Shown: in pieces, positions 38,541 through 46,551 of the stretch
How positions within the stretch are numbered: the first letter of the stretch is position 1
Layout of the letters: each line of letters opens with the position of its first letter
Source: an uncultured Thermotogae bacterium
GTDB taxonomy: Bacteria; Bipolaricaulota; Bipolaricaulia; UBA7950; UBA9294
Length of the DNA stretch: 46,551 nt
Direction of reading: 5' to 3'
Assembly: GCA_964354815.1 (NCBI GenBank)
Contig: CAYHBG010000003.1
Coordinates: 1 to 46,551 of the forward strand
The notes under the pieces: model-generated
Told to the model about the DNA's origin: nothing
The model's input: the letters and a program-made list of their open reading frames with translations, nothing else
Database searches by the model: none
Position numbers and translations under genes: made by a program

Positions 38541-38984
38541 CTACGGCATCGCCGCGTCTTGGTCCGAACCGGCCGGCTGAATCCAGGCCGTGCACATGCC
38601 AGTGGTCGTGGTCGCGGCCGCGATCACGTACTGGATGCCGATGTGCGACGCGTCCACGTCCAGCATGGGGTTCACGATCGGGAACCGGAACTTGGTCCCG
38701 ACCGGCGCATACTGCGCGTGCACCATCACGCCGGTCTGCGCCTGCACGACCGGGTTGGCCAAGGCGGCCGAGTTGCCGGTGGCCAGCTGCACGTTCAGCG
38801 TGGCCGCACTGCCCGCGCTGGCGAACGCTTCGGTCACCTGCACCACGATCTCCATCGGCGCTCCGCGTCTCTCGCGGAGCGTGCTCGCCACTTCCGCGAG
38901 CACGAACGTGTCGGTCGACACGTACGTTCCCGCGACCTGGCTGAGGTCCTGGTCCTCATTGAACATCAGGAGTTTGTCCAACAT
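38541..38984 (-). CDS. Capsid decoration/cement protein-like (147 aa)
   Basis: Immediately downstream of the major capsid gene. MLDKLLMFNEDQDLSQVAGTYVSTDTFVL...GAPMEIVVQVTEAFASAGSAATLNVQLATGNS follows the pattern I recall for BPP-1 Bbp16 / epsilon15 gp10-type cement proteins. Confidence 0.55.
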   Translation of the reverse strand: MLDKLLMFNEDQDLSQVAGTYVSTDTFVLAEVASTLRERRGAPMEIVVQVTEAFASAGSAATLNVQLATGNSAALANPVVQAQTGVMVHAQYAPVGTKFRFPIVNPMLDVDASHIGIQYVIAAATTTTGMCTAWIQPAGSDQDAAMP

Positions 38985-39014
38985 ATCTTTGTGTCCTTTC
39001 CCTCGGATCAGGCG

Positions 39015-40010
39015 TTAGGCGCCGATCCGGGTCTCCGTGTAGCTGAGCAGGGTTTCGAGGTGCTTGATGGGGCTGCCCCAGAAGCCGGTGACAGGCCCAC
39101 CGTTGTCCTGCTGTTGCTGGCTCAGCGCCATGTTGCTTTTGTTCATGGCCTCGATGTCGAGAACCGTCTTCACGTCTCGGGTCGTGTACCACACCAGCTT
39201 GCCCGAGTTGGGCATGTGGAGGTTGTTGTACGCGTCCGCCATCAGGTCGAGGATGTTTGTCGCACCCGTGATGTCGGTCGAGTTGACGTGGATCCGGCAC
39301 GCCTTGCGCCAGTCACGAACCGAAAGACCCGCCATCCACTGGTAGTGGGTGCGGTAGCCCTGGTAGTAGCCGCCGGCTCCGTCGCTCAGCGTCTCTTCGC
39401 CGAGGTCCTGAACCTTGAGGCCGGCCACGTCGGACATGCCCTTCGGAAACAGACCGTGCGTCGCGCTGGAGTCCCAGATGATCCCCCAGATCGAGCTGTT
39501 CACGTCGGTCCCCGAGGCGGTGGCCGACTGCACGATCATTCGACCGTTGTCCGCACCCAGCGAGTTGTATCGCGCGGCCAGACCCATGAACTTCTCGGGG
39601 TCCGTGTCGGTGTTGCCCTCGATCACGGCCGTGGCCATGGTCTGCGACAAACCCTCCATGAATCCCTTCTCCTCGCTCATGCGCCACGCCGCCGTGTTGC
39701 CGTTGAGGTCCGCGATCATCTTGTCGACTTCCGCGTACGTCTCCAGCGAACCGATCACGTCGTTGACCTGCTTGGTCTTGCCCTTCTCGACCGGCACGCC
39801 GTAGTTCAGCTTGCGCCAGGTTCCGACCGGCAGACCAGACCGCACCGTGGTGCGGTGATGAAGCGGTCCGTTCGCTTCGAGGACGACCATGTCCTCCACG
39901 ATCGGGATCGCCTTGGACATGATCTCCATGATCATGGCCATTCCGCCGTCCGGGTCTCGTCGCTTGGCCCAGTCCAGATACGTGGGCCGAAGGTCACTCA
40001 AAGCTGCCAT
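39015..40010 (-). CDS. Major capsid protein (331 aa)
   Basis: Directly follows the scaffold-like gene and has an AAAGGA SD. Size and sequence character (EANGPLHHRTTVRSGLPVGTWRKLNYGVPVEKGKT) are typical of podovirus HK97-fold coat proteins. Confidence 0.8.
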   Translation of the reverse strand: MAALSDLRPTYLDWAKRRDPDGGMAMIMEIMSKAIPIVEDMVVLEANGPLHHRTTVRSGLPVGTWRKLNYGVPVEKGKTKQVNDVIGSLETYAEVDKMIADLNGNTAAWRMSEEKGFMEGLSQTMATAVIEGNTDTDPEKFMGLAARYNSLGADNGRMIVQSATASGTDVNSSIWGIIWDSSATHGLFPKGMSDVAGLKVQDLGEETLSDGAGGYYQGYRTHYQWMAGLSVRDWRKACRIHVNSTDITGATNILDLMADAYNNLHMPNSGKLVWYTTRDVKTVLDIEAMNKSNMALSQQQQDNGGPVTGFWGSPIKHLETLLSYTETRIGA

Positions 40011-40022
40011 CTGTTAGTCCTT

Positions 40023-40754
40023 TCAGTTCGCGGCGTGGTTGCTCTTGGAGAAGATCTCGCTGGCAGGGTCACGCTGCGGTCTCGGCTTGTCCGCGCCAAA
40101 CCCGACGGGCGTCTCGCGAAGAGACGCACCGATCTGGCTCAGAAGCCGAGCAACGCTGGGGTGGGTGATGAGGCCCGAGTCCTGCAGGAATCCGAGCAGC
40201 TCCGGGTTGGCCAATGACGACCGTTGGAACGCGTTCAGGTTCTCCTGCGTGGTCTTGAGCTTCGCACCCCCCAGCTCGGGGTCCTTGAGCAGCGCGCTCT
40301 TCCACTCGTCTCTCACCTGCTGCGCCTCGGCCGCGCTCTCTTCTGCGATCTGCTGTCGAGTGCTCTCGACAACGCCGACCGCGAGGTTGACCAGACTCTG
40401 GGCGCCCTCTTGGGGCAGCCCGTACTTCTGGCCCAGCTCCGTGAAGACAGCGAGGTCCTGATCCGCGATGGTGTAGCCGTCGGGAAGGGTGAAGGCCTCG
40501 TAAGCGCCGGCTTCCGGCTTGTCGCCGTCCGCCTTCGGTTCCTCAGTCTTCGGCTTCTCTCCATCCGCCTTCGGAACTTCCTTGGGCGGCGTGGTCGTTT
40601 GGGGCGCCTGCGCTTCGAGCGAGTCGCCAAGGTTCGGAGCGGCAGCGACCGGCGTTGCCGGGGTGACAGGCGTGGCCGGGGCCGTGGTCTCGACCTTCGT
40701 GTCGGTGGTCGGCGCTGCTGTCTCAGTGTTATTCATCCAGCTGGGTGCGGACAT
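40023..40754 (-). CDS. Scaffolding protein (243 aa)
   Basis: Thr/Pro/Ala/Lys/Glu-rich disordered N-terminus and helical C-terminus, between the portal and capsid genes. AGGAGAG lies 5-6 nt upstream of the ATG at 40754. Confidence 0.7.
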   Translation of the reverse strand: MSAPSWMNNTETAAPTTDTKVETTAPATPVTPATPVAAAPNLGDSLEAQAPQTTTPPKEVPKADGEKPKTEEPKADGDKPEAGAYEAFTLPDGYTIADQDLAVFTELGQKYGLPQEGAQSLVNLAVGVVESTRQQIAEESAAEAQQVRDEWKSALLKDPELGGAKLKTTQENLNAFQRSSLANPELLGFLQDSGLITHPSVARLLSQIGASLRETPVGFGADKPRPQRDPASEIFSKSNHAAN

Positions 40755-40998
40755 TGAGTCTCTCCTGTTGAAGGGTGTTGTACTGCGCGGGGAAGTACTG
40801 GTGGACCTCTTCCACCAGAAGCGACACGAACGAAGCGCGCCCGTTCACGTAGCTCGCGTCCGCACTCTGCTCCGGCGCGACTGGTCCAGCCCACGGCGTG
40901 ATGCCCGAGTCGAGCCACTCGATCAGCAGCGCGCGAAAGTCGCGTAGCTCCAGAAGTCTGCCCAGCCTCATCTGCTGGTCGGTCGGTCCACTCGTCAT
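40729..40998 (-). CDS. Hypothetical protein (89 aa)
   Basis: ATGA overlap with the portal stop. Coding-like codon usage. Confidence 0.55.
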   Translation of the reverse strand: MTSGPTDQQMRLGRLLELRDFRALLIEWLDSGITPWAGPVAPEQSADASYVNGRASFVSLLVEEVHQYFPAQYNTLQQERLNVRTQLDE

Positions 40999-42701
40999 GC
41001 GGCACCCGCCAGAAGCGCGTTGAGGATGTTGGGTTGGATCTGCTGTGAGGCGGCGGCTGCGCCTGCCTGCGCTGCCTTGGCCGCCTCACCGGCCAGAGCC
41101 ACGTTCTCTGCCTGCTGCTGCTTGGCCGCGCGAGCACGCCGGATGTCGTCCACGTCCTCCTGGTCACGCGCCGCCTTCGACGGGAACCCGATGCGGTCCC
41201 AGTACTCGTCGATGGTCACGTCGATGTCGAGCTTGTCGAGACCGTCGACCCACCCTGCCTGCGCTGCGGCCGACACGAAGTTGACGCCCTGCTCGATCGA
41301 GATCGTCTGAATGGCCCGCTGCGCCTGCGCGAGGATCGAGATGTACTCGACCTTGAAGTCGACGCCCGCGAGGATCTCGGGAGCCTGCGGCAGCATGCCG
41401 ACCCTTCGCATGATGCCGATCACGCGCGTGACGGCGGGGTCCAGAAGCTCGTCGTTAATCGACTCCAGCACGGGCCCCAGCATGATGAGCTTCTCCTCGT
41501 GCCGCTCCTCGATCTCGCGCGCGGTCGTCTGGCGCTGGACCGTCTGCGTGATCATGAGGAACAGGTCCTCGAAGAAGTGCTCGCTCAGCCTCTGCTGGAT
41601 GATCTCGATGTCTGCCTGCACGTACTGGATCGGCAGGTTCACGTTGTACAGCGACTCGATCTTGCCCGGACCGTCGTGGTACGTGACACGCCCGCGGACC
41701 AGCGACACGCCACCGCTCGTTCGCAACGCGACGGGCGCCTGCATGGGCGGAGTGACCATCTTGTCGACGGCCTCGCACTTCTGGTCTTCGAGGAACATCA
41801 GCTGCTTGGCGTCGGGCAGAGCGTCGTGCCCGGCCCCGTATCCGTAGGCGTCGCCGTTCTCGCTCTTGGCCATGCGGAACACCATCACGGGGAACTCGTG
41901 ATAGCCGTGCACGCGCAGGAACTGCTTCTCGTATCCCTTGCACCACCACACCGACACGAACCTGAACGCAGCGATGCCGATGGCAGGCATGCCTTCCTTG
42001 AAGAAGGGGTTGGGCTCGATCGCGTTGCGGATCTCGAACCGCTTGAAGCGGCCCTTACACACGTCGTTGTACAGCTTCTCCGGCAGCTCGGACTTGTCGA
42101 ACTGAGACAGAAGCTCGTGGCCCGTCGGGTTGTAGTCGCGGAAGAACACGTCCACGCGACCATCCGAGTTGGTGGCCGCGTACCACGACCCGATCGGGTG
42201 CACCTGACACCGAATCACGTCGGTCTCGTGCTCGTCGATCTGCATGGCCGCCACGCCCACGTCCACGAAGTCTGCGTAGGCGGTGTGCGTGCCGCGGTAG
42301 AAGTTGGACTTCGCGAACACGTAGTCCATCCGCTTGTCGACCTCGTCGTAGTACTCGCTCACGCCGGGGTGCTTCTTGAGGTCGGTGGTGGGCGGGCCCA
42401 GCTTCTTCCAGGGCCTCGACGGGCTCGTGACGCCGGCCTGCAGTCCGCTCTGCGCGTTCTTGCTCACCCGAAGCGTGGTGCTGTTGACGACCTTGTCGTG
42501 GATCTTCTGCCCGTGGATCACGTTGCCCGACGGCCCGCGCACCTCTGCGCGCGTGTCGTTGCGAACGTAGAACCCACGCCTCGGTCTGAAGTGGTCGAAG
42601 ATCTCGCGGTACTGCGCCTTGTAGCTCTGGTCGAACTCACGCTTCAGCTCCGCGCGGCTCTCCTCGAAGAACTTCACGTCGAAGCTCGTGACCTCGGCCA
42701 T
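40995..42701 (-). CDS. Portal (head-to-tail connector) protein, podovirus type (568 aa)
   Basis: Size and position downstream of terL. The N-terminal region (FDQSYKAQYREIFDHFRPRRGFY ... SPSRPWKKL) resembles T7 gp8-type connectors. Confidence 0.8.
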   Translation of the reverse strand: MAEVTSFDVKFFEESRAELKREFDQSYKAQYREIFDHFRPRRGFYVRNDTRAEVRGPSGNVIHGQKIHDKVVNSTTLRVSKNAQSGLQAGVTSPSRPWKKLGPPTTDLKKHPGVSEYYDEVDKRMDYVFAKSNFYRGTHTAYADFVDVGVAAMQIDEHETDVIRCQVHPIGSWYAATNSDGRVDVFFRDYNPTGHELLSQFDKSELPEKLYNDVCKGRFKRFEIRNAIEPNPFFKEGMPAIGIAAFRFVSVWWCKGYEKQFLRVHGYHEFPVMVFRMAKSENGDAYGYGAGHDALPDAKQLMFLEDQKCEAVDKMVTPPMQAPVALRTSGGVSLVRGRVTYHDGPGKIESLYNVNLPIQYVQADIEIIQQRLSEHFFEDLFLMITQTVQRQTTAREIEERHEEKLIMLGPVLESINDELLDPAVTRVIGIMRRVGMLPQAPEILAGVDFKVEYISILAQAQRAIQTISIEQGVNFVSAAAQAGWVDGLDKLDIDVTIDEYWDRIGFPSKAARDQEDVDDIRRARAAKQQQAENVALAGEAAKAAQAGAAAASQQIQPNILNALLAGAA

Positions 42702-42895
42702 TACTTGAGGCCTCGCGACGTGTTGGTCTTCGTGAGCACGCCACCCGCGCCCGTCGAGATGGTCGACGACAGCCCAGCGAAGATTCTCTTCTGGCGCTCC
42801 TCTTGGACCGTGCTCGCGATGGCGGCCTGCTCCGACTCGAAGTCGGGCGGGGTCGGCGGTACGGGCGGCGGCTTGGGCGGGTCGACCTTACACAC
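42701..42895 (-). CDS. Small Pro-rich hypothetical protein (64 aa, GTG start)
   Basis: High third-position GC throughout. Its stop overlaps the portal start. Confidence 0.55.
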   Translation of the reverse strand: MCKVDPPKPPPVPPTPPDFESEQAAIASTVQEERQKRIFAGLSSTISTGAGGVLTKTNTSRGLK

Positions 42896-42908
42896 TGTTG
42901 CGTGTACC

Positions 42909-43622
42909 TCAGTATCGTTTCGTGCGCTGCGTGAGCAGGCCCGGGATGTTGGGGATCGTTGCGGCTCCGCTCCGACGCGGTCTGCGTCCTGAGCTGACTT
43001 CCTGGTTCGTCTTGATGGCCGCGCGCTGACGTGCGCGGAACTCCGCGAGCACCGACTGCACCTCGTTGCGCTGGCCCTGCGCTAGTTCGAGGTTCGACTT
43101 GATGTTGGACTGCAGCTGGTTAGCGGCCGTTCGCTCGGACGGACCCTTCAGGTTCAGCGCGCGAAGAGACGAGCTGGCCGACTTCAGAGCTGCGATGCGA
43201 GCCTGCGTGCCGACCACGTACTGCGGCTTCGTCTTGGGGTCGCCCGTTAGGTTGGTTGGAGCGAGGAACTTCTCGCTCTCCTGCAGCTTGCGCATGGACT
43301 CGCCGAACTTCCCCTGCCCGTCGCGTCCGGTCAGGATGCTGTCCAGCCTGGGGTCGGGATTCGATCCGGTTCGCGTGGGCGCTTTGGGCTGCGGCAGTCC
43401 GTAGAACAGCGGGATGTCCTCCGCGTTCTTGACGCGGATGGAGCTGGGCACCTTCGGGAGAGTGAGCGATGGCTGCAGCTGCGGAGCGATGGGCTGGCCG
43501 TTTCGGTCCTTGCCAGCAGACACATAACGCGGGTCGTCGTACGTGCGGCCTGACCTCAGCTTCAGCTGCGGGATGCCACGCGTGATCGTGTTCGTCTCGG
43601 ACTGGCTGGTCTTCTTGGCCAC
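42909..43622 (-). CDS. Hypothetical protein (237 aa), disordered N-half and coiled-coil C-half
   Basis: GTG at 43622, 5 nt after GAGGGGGA and just downstream of the terL stop. The upstream part of track ORF 42909..44129 overlaps terL and is discarded. Confidence 0.6.
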   Translation of the reverse strand: MAKKTSQSETNTITRGIPQLKLRSGRTYDDPRYVSAGKDRNGQPIAPQLQPSLTLPKVPSSIRVKNAEDIPLFYGLPQPKAPTRTGSNPDPRLDSILTGRDGQGKFGESMRKLQESEKFLAPTNLTGDPKTKPQYVVGTQARIAALKSASSSLRALNLKGPSERTAANQLQSNIKSNLELAQGQRNEVQSVLAEFRARQRAAIKTNQEVSSGRRPRRSGAATIPNIPGLLTQRTKRY

Positions 43623-43633
43623 TCGTGTCCCCC

Positions 43634-45130
43634 TCAGCGCCAACCGCGAACGTAGTCGGTCTCCGCAGTTTGGGAAGGCAAAACCGCGGATTTCCTGGGG
43701 TCCACGATCGGGGAAACCAGTTGCGCAAACGTGAGGGCCAAAGCATCGCCGTGGTCTGGGCTCGGAAGACCGTCGCGCTTCATGATCTCCTTCGGCGTCA
43801 GGGCCATCGAGTTCGTGCGGTTCTCCTTGATCGTGTAGGTCTGGTTCTTGAGGTCCGCTTCGAGATCCTTGTCCTGCCAGGGAATGCTTCCGTTGGCCTT
43901 GATCCAATCTCGCATGTCGCACCACATCTCGGTGCGCTTGTTCACGTAGTCGGGATTCCGGGGCACGGCACCGAACAGCACCTCGGTCACGTTGAAGCCA
44001 CGATGCCGAAGAATATCGATGAGACCACCACCCACACCACCGCCGTCGATGTTCACGTAGTGCGGCTTGTACTCGACGATGAGAGGAGCGATCGCGTCCG
44101 CTAGTTGCACCATGTCGAACTGACGCCACGAGTAGTAGTTGTAGATGCCGCCCGACACACCCTTTCGTGTGTACAGAACGGACTCATCGTCTCCGAACCG
44201 AGCCACGTCGATTCCGAACACGAGCGGGTCCGTCACGTTGGGCGCGTTGTCCCTCGACTGCGCGGCCTGAATGTCTTCAAGTGATATCAGCTGGTTGCTC
44301 GCGCGCATGGGGAACTCGCCCAGCACACGAACGCGAACGAAGTCAGAACCAAGACCGTAGTCGTCTACCCACTGCTGCAGCTGCGCTTTGTTGGTGCCCT
44401 CCACCGAACGGCTGTCGACCTTTCGGTGCCTCCACCGATGCTTCAAACGATTATGCGTGTCGAAGAAGCGTCCGGTCGGACGCGTGGGGTTTCCCTGAAC
44501 GATGAAGATGATCTCTGTGTTCGCGTCAGTGAGAGCGCCCTCCACGACCTCCCAAATAGCATCATGAACAGCGCTGGCCTCGTCCATCAGGAACAGAATG
44601 CGCTTGCCCTCGTTGTGCAGACCCGCGAAAGCCTCGGGGTTGTTCTCGCTCCAGGGCAGAGCGTCCATGCGCCACGTGAGAGCGTGCTCGTTGTCGGAGC
44701 TTCGGAACACCGTGTTGTCGACCTTGAAGAAGTCACGCACCGCGCACATCGCGTACCACTTCCGAAGCTCAGGCCACGTCTTGGTGCGAAGCTGGGCCTC
44801 GGTGTTGGCCGTGACGGTTCCTCTCGCGTCGACGACCGTGGACGTGCCCCACAAAATCAGGAACGCCATCAGCGCAGACTTCCCGATCCCGTGACCGCTC
44901 GCGATGCTGTCCCTGAACGGCTCGAACCTGCGTGCGCTGTTGAGGTGCTCGCCTAACGCGATCAGCTCCTCGGCCTGCCAAGACCTCGGACCCACCTTGT
45001 CTTCGAGCGGTGTTCCAGGCTCACCCCAAGGAAAAGCACGCATCACGAACTGGTACGGGTCCCTCGCAGTCTGCCTCAGCAGCTGAGCGGCGAGGTCGAC
45101 TGCCGTGGGTTGGATGCTAGGCGCGGCCAC
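43634..45130 (-). CDS. terL: Terminase large subunit
   Basis: Walker A IASGHGIGKSALM, Walker B RILFLMDEAS, and a C-terminal nuclease-like half. 498 aa. Confidence 0.9.
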   Translation of the reverse strand: MAAPSIQPTAVDLAAQLLRQTARDPYQFVMRAFPWGEPGTPLEDKVGPRSWQAEELIALGEHLNSARRFEPFRDSIASGHGIGKSALMAFLILWGTSTVVDARGTVTANTEAQLRTKTWPELRKWYAMCAVRDFFKVDNTVFRSSDNEHALTWRMDALPWSENNPEAFAGLHNEGKRILFLMDEASAVHDAIWEVVEGALTDANTEIIFIVQGNPTRPTGRFFDTHNRLKHRWRHRKVDSRSVEGTNKAQLQQWVDDYGLGSDFVRVRVLGEFPMRASNQLISLEDIQAAQSRDNAPNVTDPLVFGIDVARFGDDESVLYTRKGVSGGIYNYYSWRQFDMVQLADAIAPLIVEYKPHYVNIDGGGVGGGLIDILRHRGFNVTEVLFGAVPRNPDYVNKRTEMWCDMRDWIKANGSIPWQDKDLEADLKNQTYTIKENRTNSMALTPKEIMKRDGLPSPDHGDALALTFAQLVSPIVDPRKSAVLPSQTAETDYVRGWR

Positions 45131-45302
45131 GGGTACACGCGCAGATCGAGAGCCGAAGAAGACAAACCGAGCAGATCGGCTCCATGCATGCCTGATTCAC
45201 CTTCCTCAGGAAGGCCCGCTCGTCCGGGGACAACTCTCGCATACGCTCCAGCTCCACCGATCGTTGCGCCTCGTTCTCGTCCACCGGCTTCTCTCCGGTC
45301 AC
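45117..45302 (-). CDS. Small hypothetical protein (61 aa, GTG start)
   Basis: GTGA overlap with the upstream stop, and a 14-nt overlap with the terL start. Weak support only. Confidence 0.35.
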   Translation of the reverse strand: MTGEKPVDENEAQRSVELERMRELSPDERAFLRKVNQACMEPICSVCLLRLSICACTRGRA

Positions 45303-45685
45303 AACGAGAAGTCGTGCGCCGCGTCCATCGACGCCTTGATGATGTCGTCGATCTTCCCGCGCTTCATGTACAGGTCGAAGTAGCTGTTCAGCTTCGTGTC
45401 GAGTGTGAGGGGCATGGTGAGGCAGAAGTCGTCCGCCATCTCGAACGCCTTGAACATCAGCTCCCTGTGGAACATCAGCTGCTCCGCACTCGCCTTCGCG
45501 ACCAGCTGCTGCAGCACCATCACGGCAACGTCCTGCCGCGTGGGCATAACGACCTCCTGCAGGAACTGCTGGAAGCGCGGACCCTGCACCGCGAACACGC
45601 GGTCGAACTTCACCACGTTGTCCTCGGCCATCCCGTTCCCGGGCTTGGGCGAGAATGCCTCACTCGTCTTGTGATCCAATGACAT
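45299..45685 (-). CDS. Hypothetical protein (128 aa)
   Basis: ATG at 45685, 8 nt after GAGAGGAG. Overlaps the terS 3' end by 26 nt. Confidence 0.6.
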   Translation of the reverse strand: MSLDHKTSEAFSPKPGNGMAEDNVVKFDRVFAVQGPRFQQFLQEVVMPTRQDVAVMVLQQLVAKASAEQLMFHRELMFKAFEMADDFCLTMPLTLDTKLNSYFDLYMKRGKIDDIIKASMDAAHDFSL

Positions 45686-46361
45686 CGGCCAGACTCCTCT
45701 CGGTTGTGTGGACCTCTTCCGCATCGATCTGGCGAACCAGTCGCTCAGGCTCGGGGATGTTCTTCTCGATCGCGTTCAGGAGCCTCGCGAGCGAAGCCTC
45801 GGAAGACCTCTGCTCGGGGCTCGTGTATGCCGACACAAGATAGTTTCGCGCGATCTTGTCGAGGACCGCCAGCCGATCGATCAGCTTGATCTTGCTGACC
45901 TTCGTGGTCACTCGACGACGACCATCCTGCACGGATGTCTCCTCGCACACCTCGAACGCGGAGATCAGCTTCTGCACGCCGTAGGGCATTTGGTCGATGT
46001 CCAGCAGACGACCGTCGTGATCGAATAGCTCGGACAGGGGGATCTCCCAGAGGTCCGCAAGCTCCGACAGAAGCCAGGCCGCGTCGAGTCCGTTCCTCGC
46101 GACTCTTCCGGCGGGACGCGAGTCGAGGATCGCCTGCACCACGCTCGGCTTGGTCAGAAGCTTCGCGCCGGCCGCCTTCGCGGTGGTCTCGCTGTATCCC
46201 GCGAGGATCGAAGCGCGTCTCGCCCGCTCGGTCCGGCTGAGGGTGGCCGGGAGCGTGTGCCACGCGTCCACGAACGCGGCCTGCATGGCCTTGAACGAGT
46301 CGCGGGTCTTCTTGGGGTGCTGTTCGCGCGTCAAGCCGGCAGTGTCCACGACCCGCGCCAC
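45660..46361 (-). CDS. terS: Terminase small subunit
   Basis: ARRASILAGYSETTAKAAGAKLLTKPSVVQAILD matches the helix-turn-helix region of Terminase_2-type small subunits. First gene of the late block; GTG start. Confidence 0.75.
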   Translation of the reverse strand: MARVVDTAGLTREQHPKKTRDSFKAMQAAFVDAWHTLPATLSRTERARRASILAGYSETTAKAAGAKLLTKPSVVQAILDSRPAGRVARNGLDAAWLLSELADLWEIPLSELFDHDGRLLDIDQMPYGVQKLISAFEVCEETSVQDGRRRVTTKVSKIKLIDRLAVLDKIARNYLVSAYTSPEQRSSEASLARLLNAIEKNIPEPERLVRQIDAEEVHTTERSLADVIGSQDE

Positions 46362-46424
46362 GCGTCAAGCGGACGCGCCCCCGGCCCCGCGTCGGGGGCC
46401 GGGTGGCGTGTAGTGGCATGTAGG

Positions 46425-46490
46425 TCCGTTTTACCTATAGGTAAAAATAAAAAGACAAAAAATTCTGACGAATAGGTGAATACGCCTCTA
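46425..46490. promoter_or_regulatory. AT-rich island with perfect 18-bp palindrome and ATAGGT repeats upstream of terS
   Basis: TTTTACCTATAGGTAAAA at 46429-46446 is a perfect palindrome. ATAGGT occurs at 46437-46442 and 46472-46477. A/T runs AAAAATAAAAAGACAAAAAATT. This is the only markedly AT-rich stretch I saw in the window. It lies between the primase 3' end and the terS start. Confidence 0.5.
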
Positions 46491-46496
46491 ATGCCC

Positions 46497-46551
46497 CCAA
46501 ACGCCACCCTGATTTTTCAGTCCTCCGAATACTCCTTCAGATCCGGCAGCT
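46497..46551. repeat. Terminal direct repeat, right copy (identical to 1-55)
   Basis: Exact 55/55 identity with the first 55 bases. Confidence 0.95.

Noticed and set aside
1-46551. Lysogeny module, tRNAs, CRISPR arrays, transposases
   Set aside because: No ORF has integrase/recombinase, CI/Cro-like HTH or transposase motifs that I could recognise. There is no regularly spaced repeat array. The few intergenic gaps are too short or too structured in other ways to hold a tRNA cloverleaf.

Overview
High-GC 46,551-bp window whose first and last 55 bp are identical. It is most likely one complete, circularly closed genome (unit length 46,496 bp) of a tailed dsDNA phage with podovirus-type virion genes (T7 / epsilon15 / BPP-1-like order). 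CDS coordinates include the stop codon, as in the ORF track. Layout: (i) a minus-strand prim-pol / D5-type primase-helicase at 21-2327 (ORF open to 2486). (ii) A 0.5-0.7 kb structured non-coding control region. (iii) A plus-strand early/replication block at 3004-12532: small ORFs, a DUF932-like protein, a Cas4/RecB-type exonuclease, an OB-fold SSB-like protein, a proofreading family-A DNA polymerase, a VRR-NUC nuclease and an SNF2 helicase. (iv) One ~34-kb minus-strand late block read from 46361 down to 12529. It runs terS, terL, portal, scaffold, major capsid, decoration, adaptor, nozzle, then internal-virion/ejection proteins ending in a 3090-aa giant protein. It continues with a beta-helix tailspike, two more exported proteins, a lysis cassette and a terminal 4-gene accessory cassette. 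I could not recognise any integrase, repressor, RNA polymerase, reverse transcriptase, tRNA or CRISPR array. Most unusual observations: (1) Every fibre/depolymerase-like protein (six in a row), plus one lipoprotein, begins with a classical Sec-type signal peptide. (2) One of them ends in a textbook PEP-CTERM (exosortase) sorting signal. (3) The 3090-aa virion protein carries PARP-like ADP-ribosyltransferase motifs and an HExxH metallopeptidase motif side by side. (4) Three early transcription units are each preceded by a two-hairpin leader module whose stems differ by compensatory substitutions, and one copy is nested in a perfect 22-bp inverted repeat. All family assignments come from motif recognition by eye. 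No database search was run.
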